From contig DMWY01000001.1 in NCBI GenBank assembly GCA_003483065.1, forward strand, positions 8,606 to 72,605: a stretch of 64,000 nucleotides of DNA, in the 5' to 3' direction. Positions 1 to 9,256 of this stretch are shown piece after piece (the stretch's first letter is position 1; every line of letters begins with the position of its first letter). The notes beneath the pieces are model-generated. The model did no database searches and was not told the origin of the DNA. It saw only the letters and a program-made list of their open reading frames with translations. This DNA is from Candidatus Moraniibacteriota bacterium (GTDB lineage: Bacteria; Patescibacteriota; Minisyncoccia; Moranbacterales; UBA2206). The position numbers and the translations under genes were made by a program.

Positions 1-201
1 GTCCTCACAAAGATCTAGTGTGGCTAATTTTTCTTCTACTTCTAACCAATTAGGGTTATCATATCGTCCATATCTGCCAACCTCTTCTTTTTTATCATGA
101 TATCGAATTACTTGCTCTGTATCTTCAAAAAAATAGGTAGCTGAAGTATGGATGGGATTGACTACATTATTATTAAAGTACGGTTTTCTTTTTTTGCTCA
201 T
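1..201 (-). CDS. 5'-partial CDS (start codon at 199-201, runs off the window edge): Cys/Met-metabolism PLP-dependent enzyme, O-acetylhomoserine sulfhydrylase / cystathionine gamma-synthase family
   Basis: My own reverse-strand translation gives MSKKRKPYFNNNVVNPIHTSATYFFEDTEQVIRYHDKKEEVGRYGRYDNPNWLEVEEKLATLD. This resembles the MetY/MetB/MetC N-terminus (PIYQTTSY.FDDTEH ... Y.R..NPT...LE..lAaLEG). It is not in the ORF track because it is truncated by the window edge. Confidence 0.5.
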   Translation of the reverse strand, partial: MSKKRKPYFNNNVVNPIHTSATYFFEDTEQVIRYHDKKEEVGRYGRYDNPNWLEVEEKLATLDLCED

Positions 202-317
202 AATTAATTTATATTTTATATAATTAGCAGATTGTGTATTTTGGTAAAATAAACTAGCTTCATACAAAGAATACCATATGATAATTTCGTGTCAATTTAT
301 TGTAGAGCCCATTTTAT

Positions 318-346
318 TTGACTAAATTTATTTTAAATTGTATTAT
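318..346 (+). promoter_or_regulatory. sigma70-like promoter: -35 TTGACT (318-323), 17-nt spacer, -10 TATTAT (341-346). Strong SD AGGAGG at 366-371 precedes the ATG at 379.
   Basis: Read directly from the sequence; this is canonical hexamer spacing. Confidence 0.5.
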
Positions 347-378
347 AAGTTAATCATTTTCAATTAGGAGGAAAGAAT

Positions 379-1329
379 ATGAAAGAGGTCTTTAAAAATC
401 TAAATAAAGGAGAAAAGGATATGAAAAAAGTCTTCAAAAATCACCAAGAGAGAGTTGGGAATACCCCAATTGTTAGATGGGGTATGTACAGAGATGTGGA
501 AATTTTTTTAAAGCTGGAGGGAACAAACCCGACCGGAAGTTTAAAAGACCGCTCTGCTTTGGCCATCATTAAAAACAAATTGGAAAACGGCGAACTCAAA
601 AAGGGGATGAGATTGCTGGATGCTTCAAGCGGAAGTTTTGCTTGCTCAATGGCATATTTTGGCAACCGGTTCGGATTCAAGTCAGTGGTTGTAGTGAACA
701 AAAAATTGACGAGAATCAATGACATGTTTCTTCAGGGACAGGAAGCGGAGATAATCCATTACGGTGATGTTACGGGTGATGGCTACAGACGTTGTCTGGA
801 AATGATTCAGGAATCTCCTGGAAAATATTGTTTCCTAGACCAATTGAACAACTGGGCAAGTCCACAGGCTCATTATGATTCAACCGCGCCTGAAATTATT
901 GAAGCAATGCCAGATGTCGATTTTATAGCGGCCAGTATGGGGTCAGGTGCCACATTATGTGGCATATCAACTTTTATAAATGAAAAAAAACCCGAAGTGA
1001 AGATTATTGCTTCGAATGGAAAAATGGGTGGCAAAAAAATCGCCGGTACATTTGTAGAAGGACCGGATTATATTACGCCTTTCATTAAATCTTTGCAGGA
1101 GAAAAAACTGATCGATTTCATTGGCTATGTTTCTTATGAGCAGGCTATAAATCATGTTAGGCAAGATTTGATGACAAAAGGATTCAATGTTGGTCCTCAG
1201 ACTGGTGGTGTGTTTGAAGCAGTCATTCAGGCAATCGATACACTTAATCTTAGGGGAAATCTTGTCATTATTTCTGGAGATCACTCTTGGAAGAATATGG
1301 ACAAGCTTTTTCCGGAAATGTTTTCTTAA
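379..1329 (+). CDS. Cysteine synthase / cystathionine beta-synthase family (fold-type II PLP) enzyme. An alternative start at 421 is possible.
   Basis: GNTPIV and NPTGSLKDRSA (PLP-lysine motif) are present, with SSGSFACSMA and GSGATLCG glycine-rich loops. There are two in-frame ATGs (379 and 421), each with its own SD. Confidence 0.7.
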   Translation: MKEVFKNLNKGEKDMKKVFKNHQERVGNTPIVRWGMYRDVEIFLKLEGTNPTGSLKDRSALAIIKNKLENGELKKGMRLLDASSGSFACSMAYFGNRFGFKSVVVVNKKLTRINDMFLQGQEAEIIHYGDVTGDGYRRCLEMIQESPGKYCFLDQLNNWASPQAHYDSTAPEIIEAMPDVDFIAASMGSGATLCGISTFINEKKPEVKIIASNGKMGGKKIAGTFVEGPDYITPFIKSLQEKKLIDFIGYVSYEQAINHVRQDLMTKGFNVGPQTGGVFEAVIQAIDTLNLRGNLVIISGDHSWKNMDKLFPEMFS

Positions 1330-1471
1330 TCTTCAAACAGAGCTTCCTCTTAACGAATTGTCGTTAGGAGGAAGTTTTATTTTTCGAGTGGGATTTACTT
1401 CGTATGTTTTAAATGTTAAAATAAAAGTGGTAATAACTAAAAAATAATAAGCTTTAAATAATAAAATACAA

Positions 1472-3052
1472 ATGAACGAATATATAAAGAGTGGTGCATA
1501 TAAATGGAAAGTATGCATTTCTTTAAATTATGACTCAAAGCCAATAGAGTGCTTTGGCCAAGCGCGTCTGGAAAAAAGACCTGACGGGACACTTATTACA
1601 GTTCCTAGTTTTCAAAATGGCGACAAGCACATTCTAGTTTCAATTGACATGCAAAAGCAAATTAAGGTTCATACCTTTTCAGTAAATATTCAGCGTTGTT
1701 ATGCTCGGATTGATGGAGATGATCTTATTTTGAGTAATATTGCGATAGATTTATTTAAAAAAAATGAAAAAATCAAAATAAGAGGAGAAGTTTTGTTGAG
1801 ACAAATTTCCAATTTAATTGTTCCATTAGATGATTTATTTGTGGATATTAAATTGTTAGATGCTTCATCGATTTATAAAATACAAGATGGCAAGATTGTT
1901 TTTGACGAATCAAAAATTAAATTTATTAAAAGTACTCCTTCTTCGATTCAGGAGTATGCATTCAATAGTTTTGAAAATATATGCAAAGGAGGAAAACCAC
2001 TAGCCGTGCTTCTTAGTGCAGGCATTGATTCTCGCCTAAATATTGCCTTAGCTTATCATTTTTCAAAAAAATACAAAAACAAAATCATAGCCTATCATGA
2101 GTACAAAGATAAAAAAGAATATGAAATTGCGAAGCAGGTAGCGGATAGTTTGAAAATTCCCTTTATATGTGTTTCAAGGGATATGTTTCGAGAAGATCCT
2201 CTAGAATATGTTTTATCTCCTGAATTTATAGATTTTCATGGAGGTATTTATAGGGATACTCTTGCTCGATGGTATAGCTATATGGATTTAATGCGATTCA
2301 ATGATCCAGACTGTATAATAATAGGAATGGGAGCTGACGCCCACAAAGGAAGATATTATAGGGATATACATAAATTACCGGAGGATGCCAACAGAATTAT
2401 GGGATACAAAATCCAAAAAAAGGACATTCAGAATGAAAAAGACTTTGTGTCGTATTTTTCGAATGAATTAATCGATGAATTTTTTTCGGATATTACTAAG
2501 CGGTCCTTAATTTTTAATAGTATTCATTCTAGGACTGATTTTATTTTTTATCATGTTCGTACAGTTAAACAATCTGCATCGCGAACCCCCTTTTTTCATA
2601 TGAATTATGGAGTTCAATTTCCGCTTAAGGATGATAATTTTTTATCCCAAGCTTTTAGTTTACCTATGAAAGATAAGATGGACGGAGCCATTCCTTTGCG
2701 CTTTATTCAAAAACTGAATCCAGAAATTGACAGTATTCCTTATAATAGTGGAAATAGAAAATGCTATAGAAGACAATATATTAATTTAATCAGGCATCGA
2801 ATTAAATGCGTGTTATCAAAATTCCCCAATACTGATCGCCGAAATGAAAAAATAGCATGGGATCATCCGATGGTTATGGATCGACTTGACGGAGCTTCTA
2901 GCGAAATAACCGCAAAGCTTGAAAAATTTATTAAAGAAAATTTAGGAAAGAAAAAACCAAACGGACAAATCAAACCAGAATGTGCTTTGAGAGTATATTT
3001 ATTCTTAAGGCAGGCCGAAAAAAAACTGGGGGTTGAATTTATTTGTAAATAA
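1472..3052 (+). CDS. Asparagine-synthetase-like (AsnB C-terminal synthetase domain, PP-loop ATP pyrophosphatase) amidoligase lacking the N-terminal class-II glutaminase Cys
   Basis: LAVLLSAGIDSRL matches the AsnB LSGGLDSS PP-loop. The N-terminus MNEYIKSG has no Cys2 nucleophile. It follows the cysteine-synthase-like gene in the same orientation. Confidence 0.5.
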   Translation: MNEYIKSGAYKWKVCISLNYDSKPIECFGQARLEKRPDGTLITVPSFQNGDKHILVSIDMQKQIKVHTFSVNIQRCYARIDGDDLILSNIAIDLFKKNEKIKIRGEVLLRQISNLIVPLDDLFVDIKLLDASSIYKIQDGKIVFDESKIKFIKSTPSSIQEYAFNSFENICKGGKPLAVLLSAGIDSRLNIALAYHFSKKYKNKIIAYHEYKDKKEYEIAKQVADSLKIPFICVSRDMFREDPLEYVLSPEFIDFHGGIYRDTLARWYSYMDLMRFNDPDCIIIGMGADAHKGRYYRDIHKLPEDANRIMGYKIQKKDIQNEKDFVSYFSNELIDEFFSDITKRSLIFNSIHSRTDFIFYHVRTVKQSASRTPFFHMNYGVQFPLKDDNFLSQAFSLPMKDKMDGAIPLRFIQKLNPEIDSIPYNSGNRKCYRRQYINLIRHRIKCVLSKFPNTDRRNEKIAWDHPMVMDRLDGASSEITAKLEKFIKENLGKKKPNGQIKPECALRVYLFLRQAEKKLGVEFICK

Positions 3053-3061
3053 GATAATTTT

Positions 3062-4651
3062 ATGAAGCTATTGAATTTTCCAAAAAAAATTTATCACAAT
3101 ATTGTTGGATATAAATTAACAAATGATATTCAAAAATTTATCAATATAAACAAAAAATATTGGGGTGATTTTCATGGAGATTCAAAAAATGGATATGTTT
3201 TAATAACTGGTTTGAAAAATTCTGCCTCTAATTTTGTGTCGTCAGGAAGAGTCGCAAAATCAATCGAAGAGGAAACTGGTTGCTTACCAATCGTATTAGT
3301 GGATGCACTTAGCTTTTCTTCAAAATATTGGAAGAAAATATATGGATCATATAATATCGACAATTTTTTGTTTTACAGAAATTATCGGAGCAATATTTTT
3401 TTTATAGCTAAATCATTAGTTCTAACTGCAAAATTTTATTTCAAGCAAAAAAGCGTAAATGATTTGTTGAAATTGGAATTTGAAAATATCCGCATAGGAG
3501 ATTTGATATACGATACTATTTTGAGGTTTAATGTTGGATTGTATACAATAGATAAGGTTAAAATAACTTATTTTGGCGATATCTACTCAGCTTTTTTGCT
3601 GGTTATGATATATAAAAAAATATTTAAAAAATATAACATAAAATATATATGTCCAGATCTTTCTGTTTTCATAAGAGGAGGTATTCCACTGAGAATTGCA
3701 GATAAAAATGGTGCGACTGTGATATTGGCTAGTAGAAGAACAATGAAGAGTTATGAAGGATTGGATATTTTCGAAGGAAAACATCGGCCAAGAATGGCAG
3801 AGGTTAATGCTCTTAGGAAAAATACAAATTTGTATAATGATATCGATGGATATTTCGAAAATCGTTTTTCCGGTAATGTCAATGAAATGGATGTTCTAAA
3901 ATCCTATAAAGGAAAAATTGAGTACAATAAAGAATCCTTTTGTAAATACTTAAATTTGGATGAAAATAAACCGATAGTTTTCATAATGCCACACGCTTTT
4001 TCTGATGGACCTCATCATACTCCTATGCATAAGCTATTATTTAGAGATTTTTATGTTTGGCTGGTGGAAACTTTAAAATGCGTTTCTCGTATAAATGATG
4101 TTAACTGGGTTATTAAACCGCATCCAATGTCTTTCAAATATAGAGAAGAAGGAGAAGTGGAAAAATTAGTCAAATTATATGGCAAGAACAACATCCATAT
4201 TGTTCCTGAAGATTTTAACACAAAAAGCATAAAGAATATAGCGGATGTTTTGGTTACTGTACAAGGGAAATCTGGATTAGAATTCAGTTGCTTTGGCATT
4301 CCTGCTATTATTACATCACAAGCATCTTATAGCGGATTTGGATTCACGATTGAGCCAAAAACAGTTAACGAATATTTTGATTTGCTAAAAAATATACCTT
4401 CTATACAAAAATTAAATGAAGACCAAGTAAAAAGCGCAAAAGTTTTATCGGCGATAATGTTTCTTTATTCGCGTACTGACGACCCACTGTTTCCTAAGGG
4501 AGAAGATATTTTATATTTCAGATATAATGAGAAAGCAAGATGGAAACAGAATTGTTTACTTATGGAAAAATATAATAGATCCAAGGATGAATTTTACTTA
4601 AGAGTAAAGGATCTTATAAATTTAAATCTATATAAAAAATATCTAAACTGA
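3062..4651 (+). CDS. GT-B-like 'HP-motif' polymer glycosyl/phosphotransferase, KpsC/KpsS (Capsule_synth) or TagF-like
   Basis: VIKPHPMS ... TVQGKSGLEFSCFGIPAI resembles the Capsule_synth / glycerophosphotransferase C-terminal domain (catalytic His-Pro followed by a T.NS..G.EAl..G.P block). The family assignment is tentative. Confidence 0.35.
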   Translation: MKLLNFPKKIYHNIVGYKLTNDIQKFININKKYWGDFHGDSKNGYVLITGLKNSASNFVSSGRVAKSIEEETGCLPIVLVDALSFSSKYWKKIYGSYNIDNFLFYRNYRSNIFFIAKSLVLTAKFYFKQKSVNDLLKLEFENIRIGDLIYDTILRFNVGLYTIDKVKITYFGDIYSAFLLVMIYKKIFKKYNIKYICPDLSVFIRGGIPLRIADKNGATVILASRRTMKSYEGLDIFEGKHRPRMAEVNALRKNTNLYNDIDGYFENRFSGNVNEMDVLKSYKGKIEYNKESFCKYLNLDENKPIVFIMPHAFSDGPHHTPMHKLLFRDFYVWLVETLKCVSRINDVNWVIKPHPMSFKYREEGEVEKLVKLYGKNNIHIVPEDFNTKSIKNIADVLVTVQGKSGLEFSCFGIPAIITSQASYSGFGFTIEPKTVNEYFDLLKNIPSIQKLNEDQVKSAKVLSAIMFLYSRTDDPLFPKGEDILYFRYNEKARWKQNCLLMEKYNRSKDEFYLRVKDLINLNLYKKYLN

Positions 4652-5649
4652 TGAAAAAAACAAAAATCTTTTTTGCGTATAAGCATACGGATAATCCATG
4701 GGGCGGAGCGAATAATTTTATCCGGGCATTATATAATGAAATAAAAATCAATCCTGAATTTGATGTGCATCATAACATCAACTTAAAAAGTGACATTATT
4801 TTTTTTAGTCAATTATCTTGTGGGCCAGGGAATGTTTTATTTGGTAGTAAAAAACGCTATCGTTTTTCGGATATAAAAAAATTGAAAAATAAAAGTAAGG
4901 CCAAGCTAGTCGTTAGAGCAGTCAATCTCAATATAAATTCTCATCCTCCCAAGAGTCTGGGATCAATACTGGCGTATATAAGAACTGGTTTATGGTTGGA
5001 TATTGAAACAATAAAACTGGTTAATTTAGCTGATTTTGTTATTTTCCAAAGTGAATTTCAAAAAGAATTTTTCAAGAGATGGGGATACAAAGGAAAAAAT
5101 AATACAGTTATTCATAATGGAGCACCATTAATTTTTAAAAATAATAATTTTTTTGTTAAAGAAGTTAATAATCCATTGAAACTTGTGTCAAATTCAAATT
5201 ACAAGGAATTCAAAAAACATGACATAATTGCCAAGATATCTCTACTAAAAGAAGTAAGTGTAATTCATGTTGGGACTTGGTCTGATAAAATAAAAAATCA
5301 CAAAGTTGATATTAGAGGAACCTTAAGTCACGAAGAAATTGTGGAAATATATAAAAATTCAGACTATCTTTTGCATCCTGCCTTAAGTGATCCATGTCCA
5401 AATTCGGTTATCGAGGCTTTGTATTTTGGTTTGCCGGTTATTTATAATAACAGAAAAGGAAGTAGTCAAGAATTGGTCAAGGGTAACGGAATTTCACTTG
5501 ATGAAAATAACCTAGAAAAAACAATTCGAATTGCAAAGAATAATTTTACAGCATTAAAACAAAAACTTTCCAGTGCTCGTGACTATTATTCAATAAAGAG
5601 AGGAGTTTCTATGTATGCGGAAGTGTTTAATAAATTTAAAAATGAATAA
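4651..5649 (+). CDS. Glycosyltransferase, GT-B fold (GT4-like C-terminal motif)
   Basis: LHPALSDPCPNSVIEALYFGLPVIYN resembles the GT4 E..G..x.EA.a.G.PVI motif. The start overlaps the upstream stop (TGATG). Confidence 0.45.
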   Translation: MKKTKIFFAYKHTDNPWGGANNFIRALYNEIKINPEFDVHHNINLKSDIIFFSQLSCGPGNVLFGSKKRYRFSDIKKLKNKSKAKLVVRAVNLNINSHPPKSLGSILAYIRTGLWLDIETIKLVNLADFVIFQSEFQKEFFKRWGYKGKNNTVIHNGAPLIFKNNNFFVKEVNNPLKLVSNSNYKEFKKHDIIAKISLLKEVSVIHVGTWSDKIKNHKVDIRGTLSHEEIVEIYKNSDYLLHPALSDPCPNSVIEALYFGLPVIYNNRKGSSQELVKGNGISLDENNLEKTIRIAKNNFTALKQKLSSARDYYSIKRGVSMYAEVFNKFKNE

Positions 5650-5651
5650 TT

Positions 5652-6602
5652 ATGGAAGATGCAAAAAAAGAGAATATTTTTAGTAGTATTAACTGTCCAG
5701 TCTGCAAAAATAATAAGTTTAAAATTGTTATTGAATTAACACCAGATCAATTTCTAAACAAAGAAAGAAAAGAGTATTATAATTTAAAAGTGCTGGGAGT
5801 TGATGATAATACAAAATTTTTTATAAAAAAATGCAAAAAATGCGGATTTGTATTTGTTAATCCTAGGTTAAGAAGCGATCTTTATTCAGTAGTTTATAAC
5901 GAAGCTAAAGTTAGTCAAAATGAGGTTAAAAACTGGGAATTTAAAGAAGATGATCTGGGTAATTTATATAATTTATATAGTAAATATAGAGAAATATTTC
6001 CATTTCTAAGCGCCCTGCAGTTTTTCAGGGAATATTTTAAAAAAGCAAAAAATGATGGCTATAAACAGCTGAGATTATTGGATTATGGATGTGGACAAGG
6101 GCATATCTTGGATTTATGCAAAGTTTTTGGAATTGATGGAATTGGAGTGGATATTGATTCTTTTAGATTGAATTATTGTAAACAAAAAGATTTAAATGTC
6201 ATGCTTCCCTCAGAATTGCCAAGTTCGGAGAAATTTCATATTATCATTTCTGATGCTGTTATTGAGCATATTGATGATTTAGACGCATATTTCAAATATG
6301 CGAGCGAAAGACTTTCAAAAAATGGGATTTTTTATCTTACTGGATTAACCCCCAGCATTATAAGAATTGAAAAGAGGGATGGTTGTTATAAGCGGGTAAT
6401 GCCCTTAGAGCATATAAATTATTTTACTCGCAAAAACCTATTAAGATTAGCAGGTAGGTATGAATTTAAGGAAGCTAAAAGAAGCATAGGAGTTTTTGCC
6501 ACAAAAAACATTATGCAATACAGCTATCCCATCTTAAAGAAGTTTATATTCAGAGGGTTTTATCCAACTGGATATTTTGAAATAACACTAATAAAAAAAT
6601 AA
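5652..6602 (+). CDS. Class I SAM-dependent methyltransferase with N-terminal C4 zinc ribbon
   Basis: CPVCKNNKF...CKKCGFVFVNP forms the zinc ribbon, and LLDYGCGQGHILD is a SAM motif I. It is a paralog of 11192..12133. Confidence 0.6.
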   Translation: MEDAKKENIFSSINCPVCKNNKFKIVIELTPDQFLNKERKEYYNLKVLGVDDNTKFFIKKCKKCGFVFVNPRLRSDLYSVVYNEAKVSQNEVKNWEFKEDDLGNLYNLYSKYREIFPFLSALQFFREYFKKAKNDGYKQLRLLDYGCGQGHILDLCKVFGIDGIGVDIDSFRLNYCKQKDLNVMLPSELPSSEKFHIIISDAVIEHIDDLDAYFKYASERLSKNGIFYLTGLTPSIIRIEKRDGCYKRVMPLEHINYFTRKNLLRLAGRYEFKEAKRSIGVFATKNIMQYSYPILKKFIFRGFYPTGYFEITLIKK

Positions 6603-6606
6603 TAAA

Positions 6607-7983
6607 ATGAGAAGAAATGATCCATGGTTATATATACCAATTGAAACAAAGGCGCGTGATCTTTATGGGAAAACACTTCTAGCTTCTTTTGTCGCCATAA
6701 ATGGATTTAATGTTGTGCTTGGTTCCAAAAAAGATATTAACTCTAGGAGTCTATTTTTTCCAAAGGGAATTATTTTTAATGTCGGCTTGGCAAGGAATTT
6801 ATCCAATAATTCTAAAAGATTCAAAAAGGAAGGTCACAAGGTAGTGGTTATGGATGAGGAAGGTCTTGTTACATTGAGAGACGATATCTATCTTCATCAG
6901 CGAGTTTCCAAAGAAGGACTGGAAAATGCTGATTTATTTTTTTGTTGGGGAGAGAGGCAGGCTTGTATAGTTGAAGAAAAAGCCAGAAAAATGAACTGCA
7001 AAATATCTATCACAGGCAATCCTCGTTTTGATATGCTAAGAAAGGAATATAGAGTTATTTTTAATAAGGATGTTGAAGAAATTAAAAAAAAATACGGAAA
7101 ATTTATTTTGGTAAATACGAATTTCGGACGCGGAAATCATTTTGCTGGGGATAATTTTTTGCTAGATTCCTTGAAAGAAAAAGGATGGATGAATAATCCA
7201 GATGATAAAAAATATATTCTTGCTAATGTTGATTGGCAAAAGAAAATGTTTAAGGAATTTCAACAGATTATTTCAGAAATAGCTGAAAAATTTAAAGAGT
7301 ATAATATTATCATTCGGCCTCATCCTTCGGAGAAATATGAAATATGGGAAAAAATAGCTCAAACTTTTCCTAATGTTTTTGTCGTTCATTCTAGCAACGC
7401 CGTGCCTTGGATAATGGCGACCGATATACTGATACATAATGGCTGTACTACGGCAGTAGAAGCTTTTGTTCTAGGAACTGAAGCAGTAACATATCGTCCT
7501 TTTATCATTAAAGAACAAGAAACTGAATTTCCCAATAAAATTAGCTGGGAAGCGTTCAATTCAAAAGAGCTGATGGAGATAATTGAAAAAAAAATTAATA
7601 ACCCCATTATTAATGTTGAAGATCATAATATCAAGAAGAGATATTTAGACAATTTTATTTCTGGTGTAGAAGGAAAAATGGCTTCAGAACAGATTTCTTT
7701 TTATCTTAAGTCAATAGCGCAACCTAATCATAAAAAAATGAACATCCCTTTAATATTGTTATTTGATATCTATGAGCGAGTTATATTGATGCTAAAAAGG
7801 ATTGTATCTGGAAAAAATAGGGGCAGTGTTTCATTAGCTTATCAATTGCACAAAAATCCTGGCTTAGTGAAAAAGGATTTTCAGGATTTTATTGAAAAAA
7901 TATCCAGAATCGATAAAAAATTCGCTAATTTGAAAGTAAAAAGAATTGGATTGAGTTGCTATCAAATTTATGAAAATAAATAG
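6607..7983 (+). CDS. GT-B-like 'HP-motif' protein, KpsC/KpsS (Capsule_synth)-like
   Basis: IIIRPHPSEKYEIW ... HNGCTTAVEAFVLGTEAVTY is the same motif arrangement as in 3062..4651. The assignment is tentative. Confidence 0.35.
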   Translation: MRRNDPWLYIPIETKARDLYGKTLLASFVAINGFNVVLGSKKDINSRSLFFPKGIIFNVGLARNLSNNSKRFKKEGHKVVVMDEEGLVTLRDDIYLHQRVSKEGLENADLFFCWGERQACIVEEKARKMNCKISITGNPRFDMLRKEYRVIFNKDVEEIKKKYGKFILVNTNFGRGNHFAGDNFLLDSLKEKGWMNNPDDKKYILANVDWQKKMFKEFQQIISEIAEKFKEYNIIIRPHPSEKYEIWEKIAQTFPNVFVVHSSNAVPWIMATDILIHNGCTTAVEAFVLGTEAVTYRPFIIKEQETEFPNKISWEAFNSKELMEIIEKKINNPIINVEDHNIKKRYLDNFISGVEGKMASEQISFYLKSIAQPNHKKMNIPLILLFDIYERVILMLKRIVSGKNRGSVSLAYQLHKNPGLVKKDFQDFIEKISRIDKKFANLKVKRIGLSCYQIYENK

Positions 7984-9250
7984 TTTTATTTTGAGAATAA
8001 TAAGGTTGTTTGATGCTTTTTCCCCAAAAATTTTGGTAAGTTTCAGGATAAAAATTTTTCAGTTAGTGGGAAATCCTTTTTTTTCTCAAATTATTTCAAA
8101 TGATGAAATAATTAATTTTGGTGAAAAAAATAAGCATATTTTTTTTGGTTATTACGATGTGACTCCTTTTAATGATAGCGATAAATCATTATTAGTTATG
8201 CAGGCGTCACTTATGAATAGGGCTCCAAAAGAGAATGATTATGCTGAAATTGGTTATTATCATATTAACGAATTAAACCGAAGTTTTGTTTTTTTGGGAA
8301 AAACAAATACTTGGTGTTGGCAACAAGGATGTAGATTGCAATGGTATGGCGGAGGAAAAAATCAGATTATTTATAATTGCCTAGTTGATGGAGAATATGG
8401 ATCAATGATAAAAGAAATTTCTAGCGGAAATATAATAAAAAAAATAAATAAGTCGCTATATGCAATAAGCAAGGATGGAGAATGGGGGATTTCTTTGGAT
8501 TTTTCTCGTCTCCAGCGTCTCAGGCCGGGATATGGGTATGGAACCTTGCCAGACAAAAGCATTGGTGACCCATGTCCAGATTATAATGGCATAGAATTAG
8601 TTAATTTGAAAACAAATGAATCGCACCAGCTTTTTTCACTGAAAGAAATTTCCAAGATAGAACCGCACAATTCTATGAATGGAGCCCAGCATTATTTTAA
8701 CCATTTAATGTTTAATCCTTCTGGGAATAGATTTCTTTTTTTTCATTTATGGATGGATAAAAATAAAAAAAGATATTCAAGGCTGTTTGTAGCTGATAAG
8801 AATGGAGAAAATATAAAACTATTAAACAATAGTGGATCTATTTCCCATTATAATTGGATTTCAGAAGATGAAATAATTCTATACAGTTTAATAAAAGAAA
8901 AAAAAGAATATGCGTATGCTATTTTCGACAGTCGAAATGGTGGAATTAAATATTTTGGAAAAAATATTCCCAAAAGTGATGGGCATCCAACTTTATTGAA
9001 AAATAGTAAAATCATTATTACTGATACTTATCCTGATTTATTTTCGCAAAGAAAGCTACTCGCTTATAAAACAAAGGAAGATGAAACTAAGATTCTAGCG
9101 AGATTTGATAGTCCAAAAAATTTCGCAGGAGAATTTAGATGTGATTTGCATCCAAGAATCAGCAATAATGGGAAAATTATATGTGTCGACAGAATTATTG
9201 ATGGAAAAAGAAATATTTCCCTGATGCCATTTGATGCTAAATTATTGTAG
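7970..9250 (+). CDS. Hypothetical protein, possibly a beta-propeller (TolB / oligogalacturonate-lyase-like C-terminal region)
   Basis: The ORF overlaps the upstream gene by 14 nt. The C-terminal CDLHPRISNNGKIICVD resembles propeller-blade motifs. Confidence is very low. Confidence 0.25.
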   Translation: MKINSFILRIIRLFDAFSPKILVSFRIKIFQLVGNPFFSQIISNDEIINFGEKNKHIFFGYYDVTPFNDSDKSLLVMQASLMNRAPKENDYAEIGYYHINELNRSFVFLGKTNTWCWQQGCRLQWYGGGKNQIIYNCLVDGEYGSMIKEISSGNIIKKINKSLYAISKDGEWGISLDFSRLQRLRPGYGYGTLPDKSIGDPCPDYNGIELVNLKTNESHQLFSLKEISKIEPHNSMNGAQHYFNHLMFNPSGNRFLFFHLWMDKNKKRYSRLFVADKNGENIKLLNNSGSISHYNWISEDEIILYSLIKEKKEYAYAIFDSRNGGIKYFGKNIPKSDGHPTLLKNSKIIITDTYPDLFSQRKLLAYKTKEDETKILARFDSPKNFAGEFRCDLHPRISNNGKIICVDRIIDGKRNISLMPFDAKLL

Positions 9251-9256
9251 TCTTTT

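Noticed and set aside
1472-3052. Considered calling this a second glutamine-dependent asparagine synthase
   Set aside because: The N-terminus is MNEYIKSG with no Cys2 nucleophile. Only the PP-loop synthetase domain is supported.
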